Below the pieces are notes generated by a model that was not told the origin of the DNA, searched no databases, and worked only from the letters and a program-made list of their open reading frames with translations. Position numbers and translations under genes: made by a program. A stretch of DNA of 64,000 nucleotides from assembly GCA_951406725.2 (NCBI GenBank), contig OX597814.1, positions 28,520,001-28,584,000 on the forward strand, given 5' to 3'. Shown here in pieces: positions 27,938 to 40,863 of the stretch. Position 1 is the first letter of the stretch, and the number at the start of each line of letters is the position of its first letter. The DNA comes from Octopus vulgaris (lineage: Eukaryota).

Positions 27938-28230
27938 GTTGTTTACTGTCAACTCAACGTGACAGTCCCGTAAAGGGAATCATACCACCGTTATTTAGCC
28001 CTAGGAAGCATCGACGCTTCCTGGCGTCTTTGACACATTTCCTGTGTCCTTATATTTGCAAAGGGGATGCAAGCATCCCCGCCAGCTAGGATTAGCAGCT
28101 GAAGACATGCATGTTTCTGAATCTTGCTCGTCATCAGTCCAGGGTAGTAAGTCCTGCTAGTTGAGATGGCTGCAGCCGCTTTGCAAATATATAATATTTT
28201 CAGCGAAATTTATTCACTGATCACCAAAAT
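27934..28230 (-). mobile_element. PLE 3' fragment with hammerhead and hairpin-rich tail
   Basis: Canonical HHR at 28099-28142; tail ends at (TA)n; tail related to 31104-31300. Confidence 0.7.
28099..28142 (-). ncRNA. Type I hammerhead ribozyme motif
   Basis: Minus strand: ctgga-CTGATGA-c gag caaga ttc a-GAAA-catgcatGTC-ttcag; self-complementary stem III acatgcatgt, GUC cleavage triplet. Confidence 0.78.
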
Positions 28231-28944
28231 TAAAAATATTGAATTTCTAATTAGTCCCCCTCTCATTTCCTCCTTTTTTTCTTTTTCTCGCTCCCCCTCT
28301 ATCTCACATTTCTTTAACTCCCACTATTTCCAAAATATTTATCTCCCCTGTACCATTCTCTTTATCTCCGATATTTTTCTAATCCTTCAATCCCGCTTCC
28401 CCCTACCCATCTCTATTCCTTCTACGTGATCAGTGTCCGGCCAGCCATGATCTTTCTTTCTTGACCTGACTGCCGATCACCAACATCTCTTATGTCCATC
28501 TCCTATGTTCCTGCGTTTAGGCTTTCACTTCATATACGCCAGCTCAATTGGATTCGTTCTCAGTCGAAAGACACCTGTTGTTATTTTCTTTGTATTCGTA
28601 ATTGTGTACCATGTTCTCCGTTTTTTTTCTTTTTGTCTTTGTTGCCATACACATTCGCTAGCTTTCTTACAAAGGAATCTAATGCTCTTAGCTTAGACTT
28701 TTTGGGGGGCAACCAGATCGAACCGTCACAAGTGTAACTGCCCGAAACGGTCGTGACTTCTGGTACTTGACTGACGAAAGAAGGCCGCGAATGACCAGTC
28801 ATTTTTTTGCCTGTCCTTCTGAATGTTATTTCTCTTGTCCGCCTTTGTATCGTCTATCTGTCCGAATGTTTTATGTGTGTGTGTGTGTGCTGCGTGCGTC
28901 TGTATGTATGTGTGTGTGTGTGTGTGTGTGTGCGTGCGTCTGTA

Positions 28945-28987
<43 letters not shown>

Positions 28988-29003
28988 CGAGCGTCTGTAT
29001 GTA

Positions 29004-29034
<31 letters not shown>

Positions 29035-29100
29035 TTGTGCCTGTGTTTGTGTCCCCGTAATCTAGCAGTTCGGCGAAAAAGATCGATAGTATAAGTATCA

Positions 29101-29392
29101 GAGTTCCAGAATGCATTCAGATGAAACTTTCAGGGATGTTTGGCCTCATGACTGGCACGAACTGATTAGAATATGGGATCGATCCGGTACCATACAAAGA
29201 TTCTGGATTATTTTTCCTGATTTATTTTTACTTCATTTTTGAGAGCGATCGGGTTCATGTTTAGTATTCTCATTTGTGAGAGCAGTCAAGTTTATTTCAT
29301 ATATTCTCATTTTAAAAATCATCTCCGGCTAATCGTTGACAGGACGTTGGTGTTGCCTTGGCGGAGGTTTGCGCTCTCTGAATGTTTTTTCT
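29101..29392 (+). mobile_element. Helentron-associated (HINE/DINE-like) element, 3' part
   Basis: Ends ccttggcggaggtttgcgctctctgaatgt(t)n, the subterminal-IR plus stem-loop end typical of these elements; 5' end missing. Confidence 0.55.
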
Positions 29393-29404
29393 TTTTATAT
29401 TATA

Positions 29405-29779
29405 CTAGCAGTATCACCCGGCGTTGCTCGGGTTTGTAAGGGAAATAACTATATAAGCAAAAGATAGCAAAAAAATGCATTAAAAATGGAAAAAAAATGA
29501 TGGTAATTTTTTTTAAATCGTTGACTCATCGTAGACATTTTTAGAGAGTTACCTCCCTTATATAATAGCGAAAATTGCATTAAAATGGAAAAAAATGATG
29601 GTAAATTTTTTTTTAAATCGTAGACTCATCGTAGACGCGCGCTAATACCCAGAAGGGCTCGATATGAATCACGACTATAAGATACCCGGTTTTGGTTAAA
29701 CTGCACCGCAAAATGTGGGAGCAGTTAGGAATCTAAATCGTAGGAGACAGACACACAACCTCTCTTTTATATATAAAGA
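29405..29779 (-). mobile_element. Non-autonomous Helitron, subtype B
   Basis: 5' TC, 3' CTAG with hairpin, A|T target. Confidence 0.9.
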
Positions 29780-30905
29780 TATATTGGTAACGTTTGAGTT
29801 GAAAATCATATCAACTATTTTTAATTTTTAAAAATCACTCAGTCTACTACTCTCTTTCTCGATAACTACAGACAACCTCACCAAACTTCACGTATTTGTG
29901 TATTTCGTTAGTTTATTGAGATACCGAGTAAATCAAATATTTGTGAGCTTCCCCTTGTATTTTCTATATGCAGTCTGCATTGTGGTTTATGAATCTTTCA
30001 ATTCTTGATTGTTGTTGTTGTTGTTAAGCAACAAGACGGGTAAGGGTGATTAGGTGATGGTCTAGGGCTTAGGGGCGGGAGACACCAGACCTTGGTAAAA
30101 AAAAAAAACTTTGATCGTCTTTTTGTAGTCGAGGGCTCTTCGTTGACGCCCAACACCACTGGGAGGTGGCCTTCGAAGTAGCTGGAAACGGAGATCTCCA
30201 GGTCCAAATTCTTGAACGGCTTCAATTCCTGAAAACCTTCTGTGGCATGGTAATTGGTAGCATAACAAAGCTACAAGTTATACTGTAGCTTTACTTTATC
30301 ATATCACTTTTAACTGGGCTCTTTTGAGTAGCAATCCTGATTACTTAAACCCAGAGACATATTAAAACCAGAGACAGTTCTCGATATTGTTACGGCGGAT
30401 ACTTCTTTTTTTTTTCATTTGTACGTGAGAGTAAACAAAGTATGACGTCAGCTTGGAGTAAAAATTTAGCGAGCACGAAATAATTGTCACTTTACAAATA
30501 ATCACACATTCAATAGAGAGTGAAATGCAAACAGGGTCAAATAAAACACTGAGAAAATATTCAAAATAAAGATTTCGATAGCAACAAAAGAATGTTTTAT
30601 TGTAACAGTCGCGCTATTTATATCAACGTGTTGTTGAGACATGTTAAGTGACCAACAATATTTTATGTTTAGTAATCTAAATTTTCTTTTGGAGTTAGTC
30701 TTGTTGGGCAACTGATTTAATCACAGACTGTTTGTTGAAATCGAAACAATTACATCGTAGCAGAGACATCTTCAGCCATTTAACTATTGTATTCGCTTTT
30801 CGTTATTTCTTTATTGTACTGTGTCAAAAACTATTCTCGCGGTGCTACTACATGCTTACTGAAACAATAATACAGCATCTCTGTATCTATTTCCTCTGAC
30901 CAGAT

Positions 30906-31015
<110 letters not shown>

Positions 31016-31103
31016 GATATACATAGATACATAGATACATAGAGACACACACACACATATATATATATATGAATTCACATATACATATAAATGCATATAT
31101 ATA

Positions 31104-31300
31104 TAGCCTAATTAAATCTCAGAATGAGATTGAAACAGTAATCGCTCGATAATGTAAAGTATAGAAGCCATCTTATCATGGCTAACCACATTGGGGAGGG
31201 GGTGTTACTGTAGCTTTATAACCCCAAGAGATCTTCGTCTCTAGCTGGCTTTAGACACAATATCTGTGTCCTTGGAGTATTTGCAAAGGGAGGCCATCCC
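31104..31300 (-). mobile_element. Short PLE-type 3' tail in (TA)n
   Basis: (TA)n on both sides; shares gacaca...tgtgtcctt...atttgcaaaggg with 28032-28065. Confidence 0.55.
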
Positions 31301-31338
31301 TATATATATATATACAGGAATTTACATATACATTATAT

Positions 31339-31410
<72 letters not shown>

Positions 31411-31724
31411 GGCAGTGCCCTAGCATGTCCACAGCTCGTGAGCTGAAACTAGATAAAATAAATAAAATAAAATAAAATATATATATTCATATATATGCAC
31501 ACATATATATACATATATATATACATACATATATACATACATACATGTATAAAACATTGGCTAAGGATTTTTAAAACCCCAAAATTCTCATCAAGTCCAT
31601 TTTGCGCACTGTCCAAATATGGTAATATAAATGCATATATTTTATGCATATACATATAATGCATTAAGAAGGGGTCACTCAGAACACTGACTTTGGGTGA
31701 TCCAGAAGCATTTACTTACTCATT

Positions 31725-32181
<457 letters not shown>

Positions 32182-32399
32182 GTCATTGCGGCCACAAAAG
32201 AAAGGTTCCAGTATTACGAACCGGTTTTACTGATGAGTCATTTGTGGGAAACGACCACTAACGGCAGAAAGTTTCAGCTAAAAAAAAAAAAAACACAAAA
32301 CAAAACAAAAAACAAAAAACAAAAACAAAACAAAATGTTCTACCAATCTCCCTTTGCCATTTGCTTCCCTGTTCATCGTTCTCTCTCTCTCTCTTTCCC

Positions 32400-32438
<39 letters not shown>

Positions 32439-32441
32439 GAC

Positions 32442-32490
<49 letters not shown>

Positions 32491-32593
32491 GACTCTGTCT
32501 GTCAATCTTTATCTCACCCCGCTCTCTATTTCTCTCTCTTTCTCTCCGCGCCCTTCTCTGTCGTTCTATTTTTCTTTCTCTACTTCCTTCTGT

Positions 32594-32633
<40 letters not shown>

Positions 32634-32889
32634 TTTCTTTTATTATTGTTTCTCTCTCTCGTTATCTCTCGTGTACTTATAAATCTCTAATTCATGTCCG
32701 CGTGTGAGAATACGCGTATGATACATAAATGTGTCTGTATATTTAGTATATATAGTATACATCTATATATAGATATAGATGAGATATAGATAAATAGATG
32801 GATATATAGATAGAGAGAAAGACACACACACACATACACACACACATTATATGAGGTGGTATCAAAAGGTCTATGGGGGGTTTTTTTGG

Positions 32890-33240
32890 TTTTTTTACTT
32901 GTTTCAGTCATTTGACTGCGGCCATGCTGGGGCACCGCCTTTAATCGAGCAACTCGACCCCGGGACTTATTCTTTGTAAGCCCAGTACTTATTCTATCGG
33001 CCTCTTTTGCCGAACCGCTAAGTAACGGGGACATAAACACACCAGCATCGGGGGACAAAAACACACATATATATACACATATATACGACAGGCTTCTTTC
33101 AGTTTCCGTCTACCAAATCCACTCACAAGGCATTGGTCGGCCCGAGGCTATAGTAGAAGACACTTGCCCAAGGTGCCACGCAGTGGGACTGAACCCGGAA
33201 CCATGTGGTTGGTGAACAAGCTACTTACCACACAGCCACT
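32890..33240 (-). mobile_element. SINE family A
   Basis: Near full-length reverse copy. Confidence 0.9.
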
Positions 33241-33816
33241 AGTTACGTTTAATAAAAAAAAATAAGCTATTTACCTTAGTTTTAACATTATCTCTTTCGA
33301 AATAGTCACCTTGCACAGCAATACACCGGTCCTAGCATAAATATATAAATATCCTAATTATTATACGCCAAAACATGCAAATACACAAACTCATTCTTTA
33401 CTAAGCACGCTGAAACACGAGTGTTGAAATAGAAGCTTTTTCTTTCCAGCATTCTTCTAATAACCCACACAAATGCATAAAATTATCCCTACCACTCTGT
33501 ATATATATGTCTATGTATATGTTTACAAGCCTATATATGCCTATATATATTTATATGAAGTTAAATATATGTTAAGTCATAGTGACCAATGATATAATTT
33601 TATATGCGACTCGTTAGGCTCCAATGGCAGCGGGCATATAACCTCTCTTCAAACTTGTGCTAGAAAACCGTTACGACCAATTAATTTGTAAACAAGTGAA
33701 TAATATACATTGTCTGAGCCTTAAACGGGGTGAGTTATTACCCTTAGACTGGTCCAGTTGGCAAATCTTAAGGGCCAATCGCGACCAGGTCGCCGAAAAG
33801 ATTTAAATTTAAGAGC

Positions 33817-33894
33817 TCCACTGACCTACTGAATTACAGATCCGAGATTTTCACTAAATGCAAGCATTTACGTAAGTTTCTATTATCGAATTGG
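33817..33894 (+). pseudogene. PLE GIY-YIG C-terminal motif relic
   Basis: STDLLNYRSEIFTKCKHLRKFLLSNW matches LNxRxE...CxHxxKFLL, also seen at 48095-48238; upstream 33600-33810 is degraded. Confidence 0.65.
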
Positions 33895-34619
33895 AGAACA
33901 CTACCCTTCTGGATTAAGCATAGTGTCACCAATTTTAGTCCTACCCGTCGTTTTTACCTCGACCACCATTGATAATTGTCGTTCTAACGTACGAAAGAAT
34001 CTCAATTTTTTTATCTCCTTTTCCTCTGTTTTTTCTCGTTTTCAGGTTTTTTTTCATTTACTTTCTTCTCTCGTTCTTTCTCGTTTTTCTGAGATTTATA
34101 AGTAAATGAAAGATAACAAGAGAGAAAAAATAATAAAAGAAAAAGAAAGGAAGAAAAAGTAGACGTGTTGTATTTTAAGCCTGATATTTAACACCAGGCT
34201 ATACTAACTCGTCCGACCATTCTACTATCATAAGCATAGAACTCATTGTAACTCGCGTTTAAATCCTGTGTGTATTAGATGATATATATTTATTAAATGA
34301 GCAAAGAAAAATGAAGTTTCTTACTCCAGGATATAATATGCTGCCTAGTCCAGAAATTGAAACCACGACCTTAAGATTATGAGCACACAACTCAGCCATT
34401 AGGTTACGCGCTTTTAAGACTGCTTAGTATTCCATTCAAATAAAATTAAAATAAAAAAATAACTTGCACACGCTTAAGCCTCGAAGAATAATTTTCCAAT
34501 GAAAAATATACGGTCACCTCTGAGAGAAAGGAACCTTAACTATAGTAATAACTTAGCGCTACAGATATGTTCCTAAAAAGTGCAACGCTAAACGAAATCG
34601 CGCCACACGTGGTCATTAT

Positions 34620-34932
34620 AGAATGACCATGGGATTGCACCTAGAAAGTTACCCTCCTAGACACAAGTCCGGCCAAGGTTGTTTATGGAAGGCCAGCAGT
34701 CGCCCATGCATACCAGCCTCCCCTCTCCACGCCACCAGTGTTATCCAAGGGAAAGACAAAGGTCGATACAGCTTGGCACCTGTGACGTCGCAACTCATTT
34801 CTACAGCTGAGTGAACTGGAGCAACGTGAAATAAAGTGTCTTGCTCGAGAACACAACACGCAGCCCGGTCCGGGATTCGAGCTCACAACCTAACGATCGT
34901 AAGCTCGACGCTCTAACCACTGAGCCATGAGC
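34620..34932 (-). mobile_element. SINE with family D-type head and CORE-like body
   Basis: Reverse tRNA head plus gttctcgagcaagacactttatttcacgttgctccagttcactcagctg. Confidence 0.8.
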
Positions 34933-35258
34933 ACATATATGAAGTTGGATGGGCGATTTTTCTCTTTCTGAGTGACGACGTTCTTAAACGTAGCCAAACA
35001 ACTGAAGAACTCGGGGACTCGCTGTTGGACCCTAAAAACACTTAATGACTTTGGACATTATTCTAAGTTAGCTTAATGGCACGCTGCATTATGCCTCGTT
35101 GTACACCTAAATACAGCCTTCCTTTTTCTTTTTCTCAAAGCATAGCACTCTTTAATGGGATAATAAATGAATTAATATTTTCAATATCAAATGAATCAAT
35201 ATGTTATCAATATTTTCTGGTCAGTTCCAATTGCTGATGTGGGCGACTTACTAACATA

Positions 35259-35429
35259 GGCGCAGGAGTGGCTGTGTGGTAAGTAGCTTGCTAACCAACC
35301 ACATGGTTCCGGGTTCAGTCCCACTGCGTGGCATCTTGGGCAAGTGTCTTCTGCTATAGCCCCGGGCCGACCAATGCCTTGTGAGTGGACTTGATAGACG
35401 GAAACTGAAAGAAGCCTGTCGTATATATG

Positions 35430-35460
<31 letters not shown>

Positions 35461-35680
35461 ATGTGTTTGTGTGTCTGTGTTTGTCCCCCTAGCATTGCTT
35501 GACAACCGATGTTGGTGTGTTTACGTCCCCGTAACTTAGCGGTTCGGCAAAAGAGACCGATAGAATAAGTACTGGGCTTACAAAGAATAAGTCCCGGGGT
35601 CGATTTGCTCGACAAAAGGCGGTGCTCCAGCATGGCCGCAGTCAGATGACTGAAACAAGTAAAAGAGTAAAGAAAGAGTA
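35259..35680 (+). mobile_element. SINE family A
   Basis: Full-length young copy. Confidence 0.93.
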
Positions 35681-36204
35681 ATATGCCCGATGTTTTCCAG
35701 CTTCGAATCATCGCCTCAACGCTTGAAGTTTTGCATTCACCACACCTCAGAGGAATTTACTGAAAAAGGCGTTACTATTCAGATTGAAGAGCAAAGTTAA
35801 TAAATAAATAGATAGATAGATAAATAAAAAAAAATGCAGGCTTCTGTGGGAATAACCATAAGTGTGAATCATGCTTTCCTACATGTTAATGCGTACAATT
35901 GCCATAACGTATTGTTGTCCTATTGGAAATATTGTTTCTAACAAAATAATAATATTAAAAAAAAAAAAAAACCAACGCAATAATGAATCGGTGGTAGATG
36001 AAGAATATGACGGTATATGTATGTCTGCGTGTACGCGTATGTGTGTACATGTATATATGTCCGTATGTAAATGTGTGTATGCGTGTGTAGGTTACAGACA
36101 TACGTGCATCTTAATTCATCTAAGCAAAGGCTCATTGTCATAAACGTATTCACTAAAAGGCTTAGGAAGAATTAAAATTATTTAGATCTAGTTATGTGCT
36201 AAAA

Positions 36205-36510
36205 GTGGAGATGCCCTAGTGGTTAGAGCAGCGGACTCGCGGTCGAGGGATCGCGGGTTCGAATCTCAGACCGGGTGTTGTATGTGTTTATGAGCGAAAC
36301 ACCTAAGCGGCTCCAGCGGAAGGTAGTGGCGAACTTCTGCTGACTCTTTCGCCACAACTTACTCTCACTCTTTCCTCCTGCATTTTGTAGCTCACCTGCG
36401 ACCGACCGGCGTCCCGTTCTATGTGGGTAACCTATACGCCAAGGAAACCGGGAAACCGGCTCTATGAGCCCGGCGTGGCTCGAGAAGGAACAAACAACAA
36501 CAACAACAAT
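36205..36510 (+). mobile_element. tRNA-derived SINE (C-like head, D-like 3' end, (AAC)n tail)
   Basis: tagtggttagagcagcggactcgcggtc...ggttcgaatctc; tail aacaacaac. Confidence 0.75.
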
Positions 36511-36651
36511 GTGTTAAAAATTGGAGGAAATTCAAAAATGCGGAATATAACAAGGGAAACCGATATCAGCTTATGGCAGAACATTTCTCCCCCAGTAAAG
36601 ATAACTTTTATAATTCAAAATTTTATCTTGTACGGTCTTTAAGCAAAATAG

Positions 36652-37050
36652 GGCGGCGAGCTGGCGTTAGTACGCCCGGGCGAAATGCTCAGCGGTATTT
36701 CGTCTGCCGCTACGTTCTGAGTTCAAATTCCGCCGAGGTCGACTTTGCCTTTCATCCTTTCGGGGTCGATTAAATAAGTACCCGTTACGCACTGGGGTCG
36801 ATATAATCGACTTAATCCGTTTGTCTGTCCGTGTTTGTCCTCTCTGTGTTTAGCCCCTTGTGGGTAGTAAAGAAATAGGTATTTCGTCTGCCGTTACGTT
36901 CTAAGTTCAAATTCCGCCGAGGTCGACTTTGTCTTTCATCCTTTCAGGGTCGATTAAATAAGTACCAGTTACGCACTGAGGTCGATATAATCGACTTAAT
37001 CCTTGTTTGTTCTCTCTGTTTAGGCCCTTGTGGGCAGTAAAGAAATAGGT
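36652..37050 (+). mobile_element. SINE family B, tandem dimer
   Basis: Two units joined at aaagaaataggt|atttcgtctgcc. Confidence 0.9.
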
Positions 37051-37407
37051 TTTGAAGCAAAATTTTTCTTTGTCAGTGTTATGCAAATTTATGCATAACA
37101 ATGCATATGAGTTATTTCAATGAGCTCAATTTTGCTTTAATTGTGCAAATTCTTGGTCATACATATATATGACTAAGTTTTCTGCCTGGTTGGAGTCAAA
37201 ACGGTAATAGTAAAAATTTACCAAAACCACCGTAAATCCACCTCCAACATACTACGAAAATAAAGCAACTTCAAGACGTTTTTCATGAAATCATTTGCAG
37301 TAACTACAGCTATAGATCAAACATTTGTATTGGAAGCAGTGATAATCATGTGTGTTCTTTGTTGCATGTAAACGTTTTTACCCAGATTTCTTTTAAAACT
37401 ATCTTGT

Positions 37408-37566
37408 AGGAGTGGCTGTGTGGTAAGAATCTTGCTTACCAACCACATGTTTCCGGGTTCAGTCCTATTGCATGGCAACTTGAGCAAGTGTCTTCTACTA
37501 TAGCCTCGGGCCGACCAAAGCCTTGTGAGTAGATTTGATAGACAGAAACTGAAAGAAGCCAGTCGT

Positions 37567-37664
<98 letters not shown>

Positions 37665-37870
37665 TTGTGTGTCTGTTTTTACCCCCAATATCACTTGACA
37701 ACCGATGCTGGTGTGTTTACGTTCCCGTAACTTAGCGGTTTGACAAAAGGGACCGATAGAAAAAGTACAAGGCTTACAAAGAATAAGTCCTGGGGTCGAT
37801 TTGCTCGACTAAAGGTGATGCTCCAGCATGGCCACTGGCAAATGACTGAAACAAGTCAAAGAGTAAACGA
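37408..37870 (+). mobile_element. SINE family A
   Basis: Full-length copy. Confidence 0.9.
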
Positions 37871-38210
37871 GATCATTCTCTCTTAAACTCAGTTTTAGAG
37901 ACACAATTGAAGTAAAAACATGTTCACACCTGTTTTCTTATCTCCAGATGAAAAATAAAAGACAATTATCGTTTCCTTTATGGCATGTTAATTCCGGAGA
38001 ATTGTTGATTCCTTGAGATTTTCTCCCTTTCTTATTTCGAGTCGATAAGCAATTACCACTAGGTGTTTGCTTGCTTTCTCTCGAAGCGAAAATAATTTTT
38101 GTATACGTTTCAACGTCTTTTTCTTTGTCCAAATTTACGACACTGGTTACTCTTTCCTATTCTCTCTGGGCATTTTCATTTCATGTATGCTAATGTCTTA
38201 TCTTTTAATT

Positions 38211-38975
38211 ATTTCACTCATTGGACTGCGGTCATACGGGAGCATTGCCTTGGAGGGTTTTAGCCAAACAGATCAACCACAGTACTTTTCTTTTTAAAGT
38301 CTGGTACTTATTCTATCAGCCTCTTTTGCCGAACCGCAGTTATAGGAACGTAAGGAGGCGCAATGGCCCAGTGGTTAGGGCAGCGGACTCGCGGTCATAG
38401 GATCGTGGTTTCGATTCCCAGACCGGGCTTTGTGAGTGTTTATTGAGCGAAAACACCTAAAGCTCCACGAGGCTCCGGCAGGGGATGTTGGTGATCCCTG
38501 CTGTACTCTTTCACCACAACTTTCTCTCACTCTTACTTCTTGTTTCTGTTGTACCTGTATTTTAAAGGGCCGGCCTTGTCACTCTCTGTGTCACGTTGAA
38601 TATCCCCGAGAACTACGTTAAGGGTACACGTGTCTGTGGAGTGCTCAGCCACTTACACGTTAATTTCACGAGCAGGCTGTTCCGTTGATTCGGATCAACC
38701 GGAACCCTCGTCGTCGTAACCGACGGAGTGCTTCCCTCCATAGGAAGGTAAACAAACCAATTGCGATTGTCAGTCTCTTTCTCTCTTTCTCTCACACACA
38801 TATAAACAACGGGATTCCACACAGTTTCCGTCTACTATGTCAATTTACAAGACATTGGTGAACCCGAAGCTATGGTAGATGACATTTACTCGTGGGTGCT
38901 GCACAGTGGATTTGAACCTGAAACCACGTAGTTTCAAAGCGAGCTGCTTAATCACATTACCTCACCTGCACCCAT
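38211..38975 (-). mobile_element. Old SINE-A interrupted by SINE-C
   Basis: 3' part 38211-38353, remainder 38745-38975. Confidence 0.65.
38354..38735 (+). mobile_element. SINE family C
   Basis: Full length; TSD ataggaa(c/g)gtaa. Confidence 0.93.
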
Positions 38976-39099
38976 ACCTATGTGTACGTGTATTAGTATG
39001 CGCGTGCGTGGTGTGTGTGAGCGTGTGTGCGTACGTGTGTGTGTGTGTGTGCGTGTGTGAACAATTTGGTTAATGCATGTATGGGTTGTATGAGTTTAA

Positions 39100-39311
39100 A
39101 TGTGTGTGCGTGAGTGTGTGTGTGTGTATGTGGGTGTTTGTGTGTGTGTGCGATTTTATGCATGTGTGGCTGCACGAGTTTAATTGTGTGTGTGTGTGTA
39201 TGTGCGTATGCGATTTTGTTTGGGCATATTTGGCTGTATGAGTTTAATTATGTGTGTGTATGTGTGTGTTTGCACGTGTGTGTGTTTGTGCGTGTGTGTG
39301 TGTGTTTGTAC

Positions 39312-39342
<31 letters not shown>

Positions 39343-40057
39343 TGTACGTGTGTGTGTATGTGCGTATGCGATTTTGTTTGGGCATATTTGGCTGTATGAG
39401 TTTAATTGTGTGTGTGTTTGTGCGTGTGTGTGTGTGTGCGTTTGTACGTGTGTGTGTGTGTGTGTGTTTGTACGTGTGTGTGTATGTGCGTATGCGATTT
39501 TGTTTGGGCATATTTGGCTGTATGAATTTAATTGTGTGTGTGTGTGTTTGTACGTGTGTGTTTGTACGTGTGTGTGTTTGTGCGCGCGCGCGTGTGTATG
39601 TGTGTGTGTTTGTACGTGTGTGTGTATGTGCGTATGAATTTTGTTTGGGCATATTTGGCTGTATGAGTTTAATTGTATGTGTGTGTGTGTGTGTATTTGT
39701 ACGCGTGTGTGTTTGTGTGTGTGTGTTTGTACGTGTGTGTGTTTGTACGTGTGTGTGTTTGTGCGTATGCGATTTTGTTTGGGCATATTTGGCTGTATGA
39801 GTTTAATTGTGTGTGTGTGTGTGTGTGTTTGTACGTGTGTGTGTTTGTGCGTGTGTGTTTGTACGTGTGTATGTTTGTGTGTGTGTGTGTGTTTGTACGT
39901 GTGTGTGTTTGTGCGTATGTGATTTTGTTTGGGCATATTTGGCTGTATGAGTCTAATTGCGTGTGTGTGTGTGTGTGTTTGTGCGTGTGTGTGTGCGCGT
40001 TTGTACGTGTGTGTGTGTATGCGATTTTGTTTGGGCATATTTGACTGTATGAGTCTA

Positions 40058-40092
<35 letters not shown>

Positions 40093-40130
40093 CTACGTGT
40101 GTGTGTTTGTGTGCGTGTGTGTGTTTGCAT
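39100..40130. repeat. Composite minisatellite: about 40-bp core plus variable (TG)n/tttgtacg spacer, 7 good units
   Basis: Core gcgattttgtttgggcatatttggctgtatgagtttaatt at about 39210, 39369, 39494, 39636, 39769, 39919, 40021. Confidence 0.92.
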
Positions 40131-40519
40131 GTGGCTCTTCGAAAAAAGTACGAAAGTTTAAGCTATAGCAATTATTGGGATTTCTATTCGATCATCTTCA
40201 TTCATGATTCCCAACACAGATTTGAGCAATTAAAAGCGCAAATACACTGACGCTTCGGAGCTTATCATTCTCTCACTCTACCTATATCCTGCATGACGTA
40301 TTGAAGTGATTATTTTCGAAGACATTGCAAAAGAACCACACACACACTCATTATGTTCTCACGTGTGTGCGTCTGTGTATGAATATGAATATATATATAT
40401 ATATGCATATATATATATATGCATATATATATATATATTAGAAGAAATGTATGTTAGAAGAAATTCCTTCTAATATATAATACCTGTACATCATCTCCAA
40501 ACCTTCCAATATATCTTTA

Positions 40520-40857
40520 CTAGCAGTATCGCCCGGCGTTGCTCGGGTTTGTAAGGGAAATAACTATATAAGCATTTTTAGAGAGTTACTTCCCTTATAG
40601 ATGCCAATTCGGGCTTTCTTAGCCATTTCTGTTTTGGTGTCTTCAAGCCATGAAGTCGTTGTTCTAAAAGAACGCTGGTCTCCTTGACAACGCTTTACGA
40701 CGTTGATTTCCTTACACTCCCTTCCCCACAGCTTCACGAGGGAGGGAAGAAGGAGGAGAAGCAAACAGGTGCAGGTGTGACCATTGACGCCAACTCCGCC
40801 GCCATCGACACACGAAAAATTATGCATTAAAATGGAATAAAAAATGATGTTAAATTA
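40520..40857 (-). mobile_element. Non-autonomous Helitron subtype A, 5'-truncated
   Basis: 3' CTAG and hairpin at 40520; contains the subtype-A internal segment. Confidence 0.88.
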
Positions 40858-40863
40858 TATATA

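Larger units (their letters stand above)
26793..29100 (+). mobile_element. SINE-A split by about 2 kb of insertions in its internal microsatellite
   Basis: 5' half 26793-26960; 3' portion resumes at about 29033-29100 after (TG)n. Confidence 0.6.

Noticed and set aside
30060-30250. GC-richer stretch with two open frames
   Set aside because: No identifiable domain or consistent splice-site pair
32222-32262. CTGATGAgtcatttgtggGAAAC motif
   Set aside because: It lacks the stem II closing pair and the GUH/stem I partner; at best a dead remnant
38354-38430. tRNA gene-like sequence (also at 59031 and in reverse copies)
   Set aside because: It is the head of a SINE with a fixed downstream body and TSDs
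39100-40130. CRISPR-like repeat-spacer appearance
   Set aside because: Spacers are related (TG)n modules of irregular length, the context is eukaryotic, and there are no cas genes
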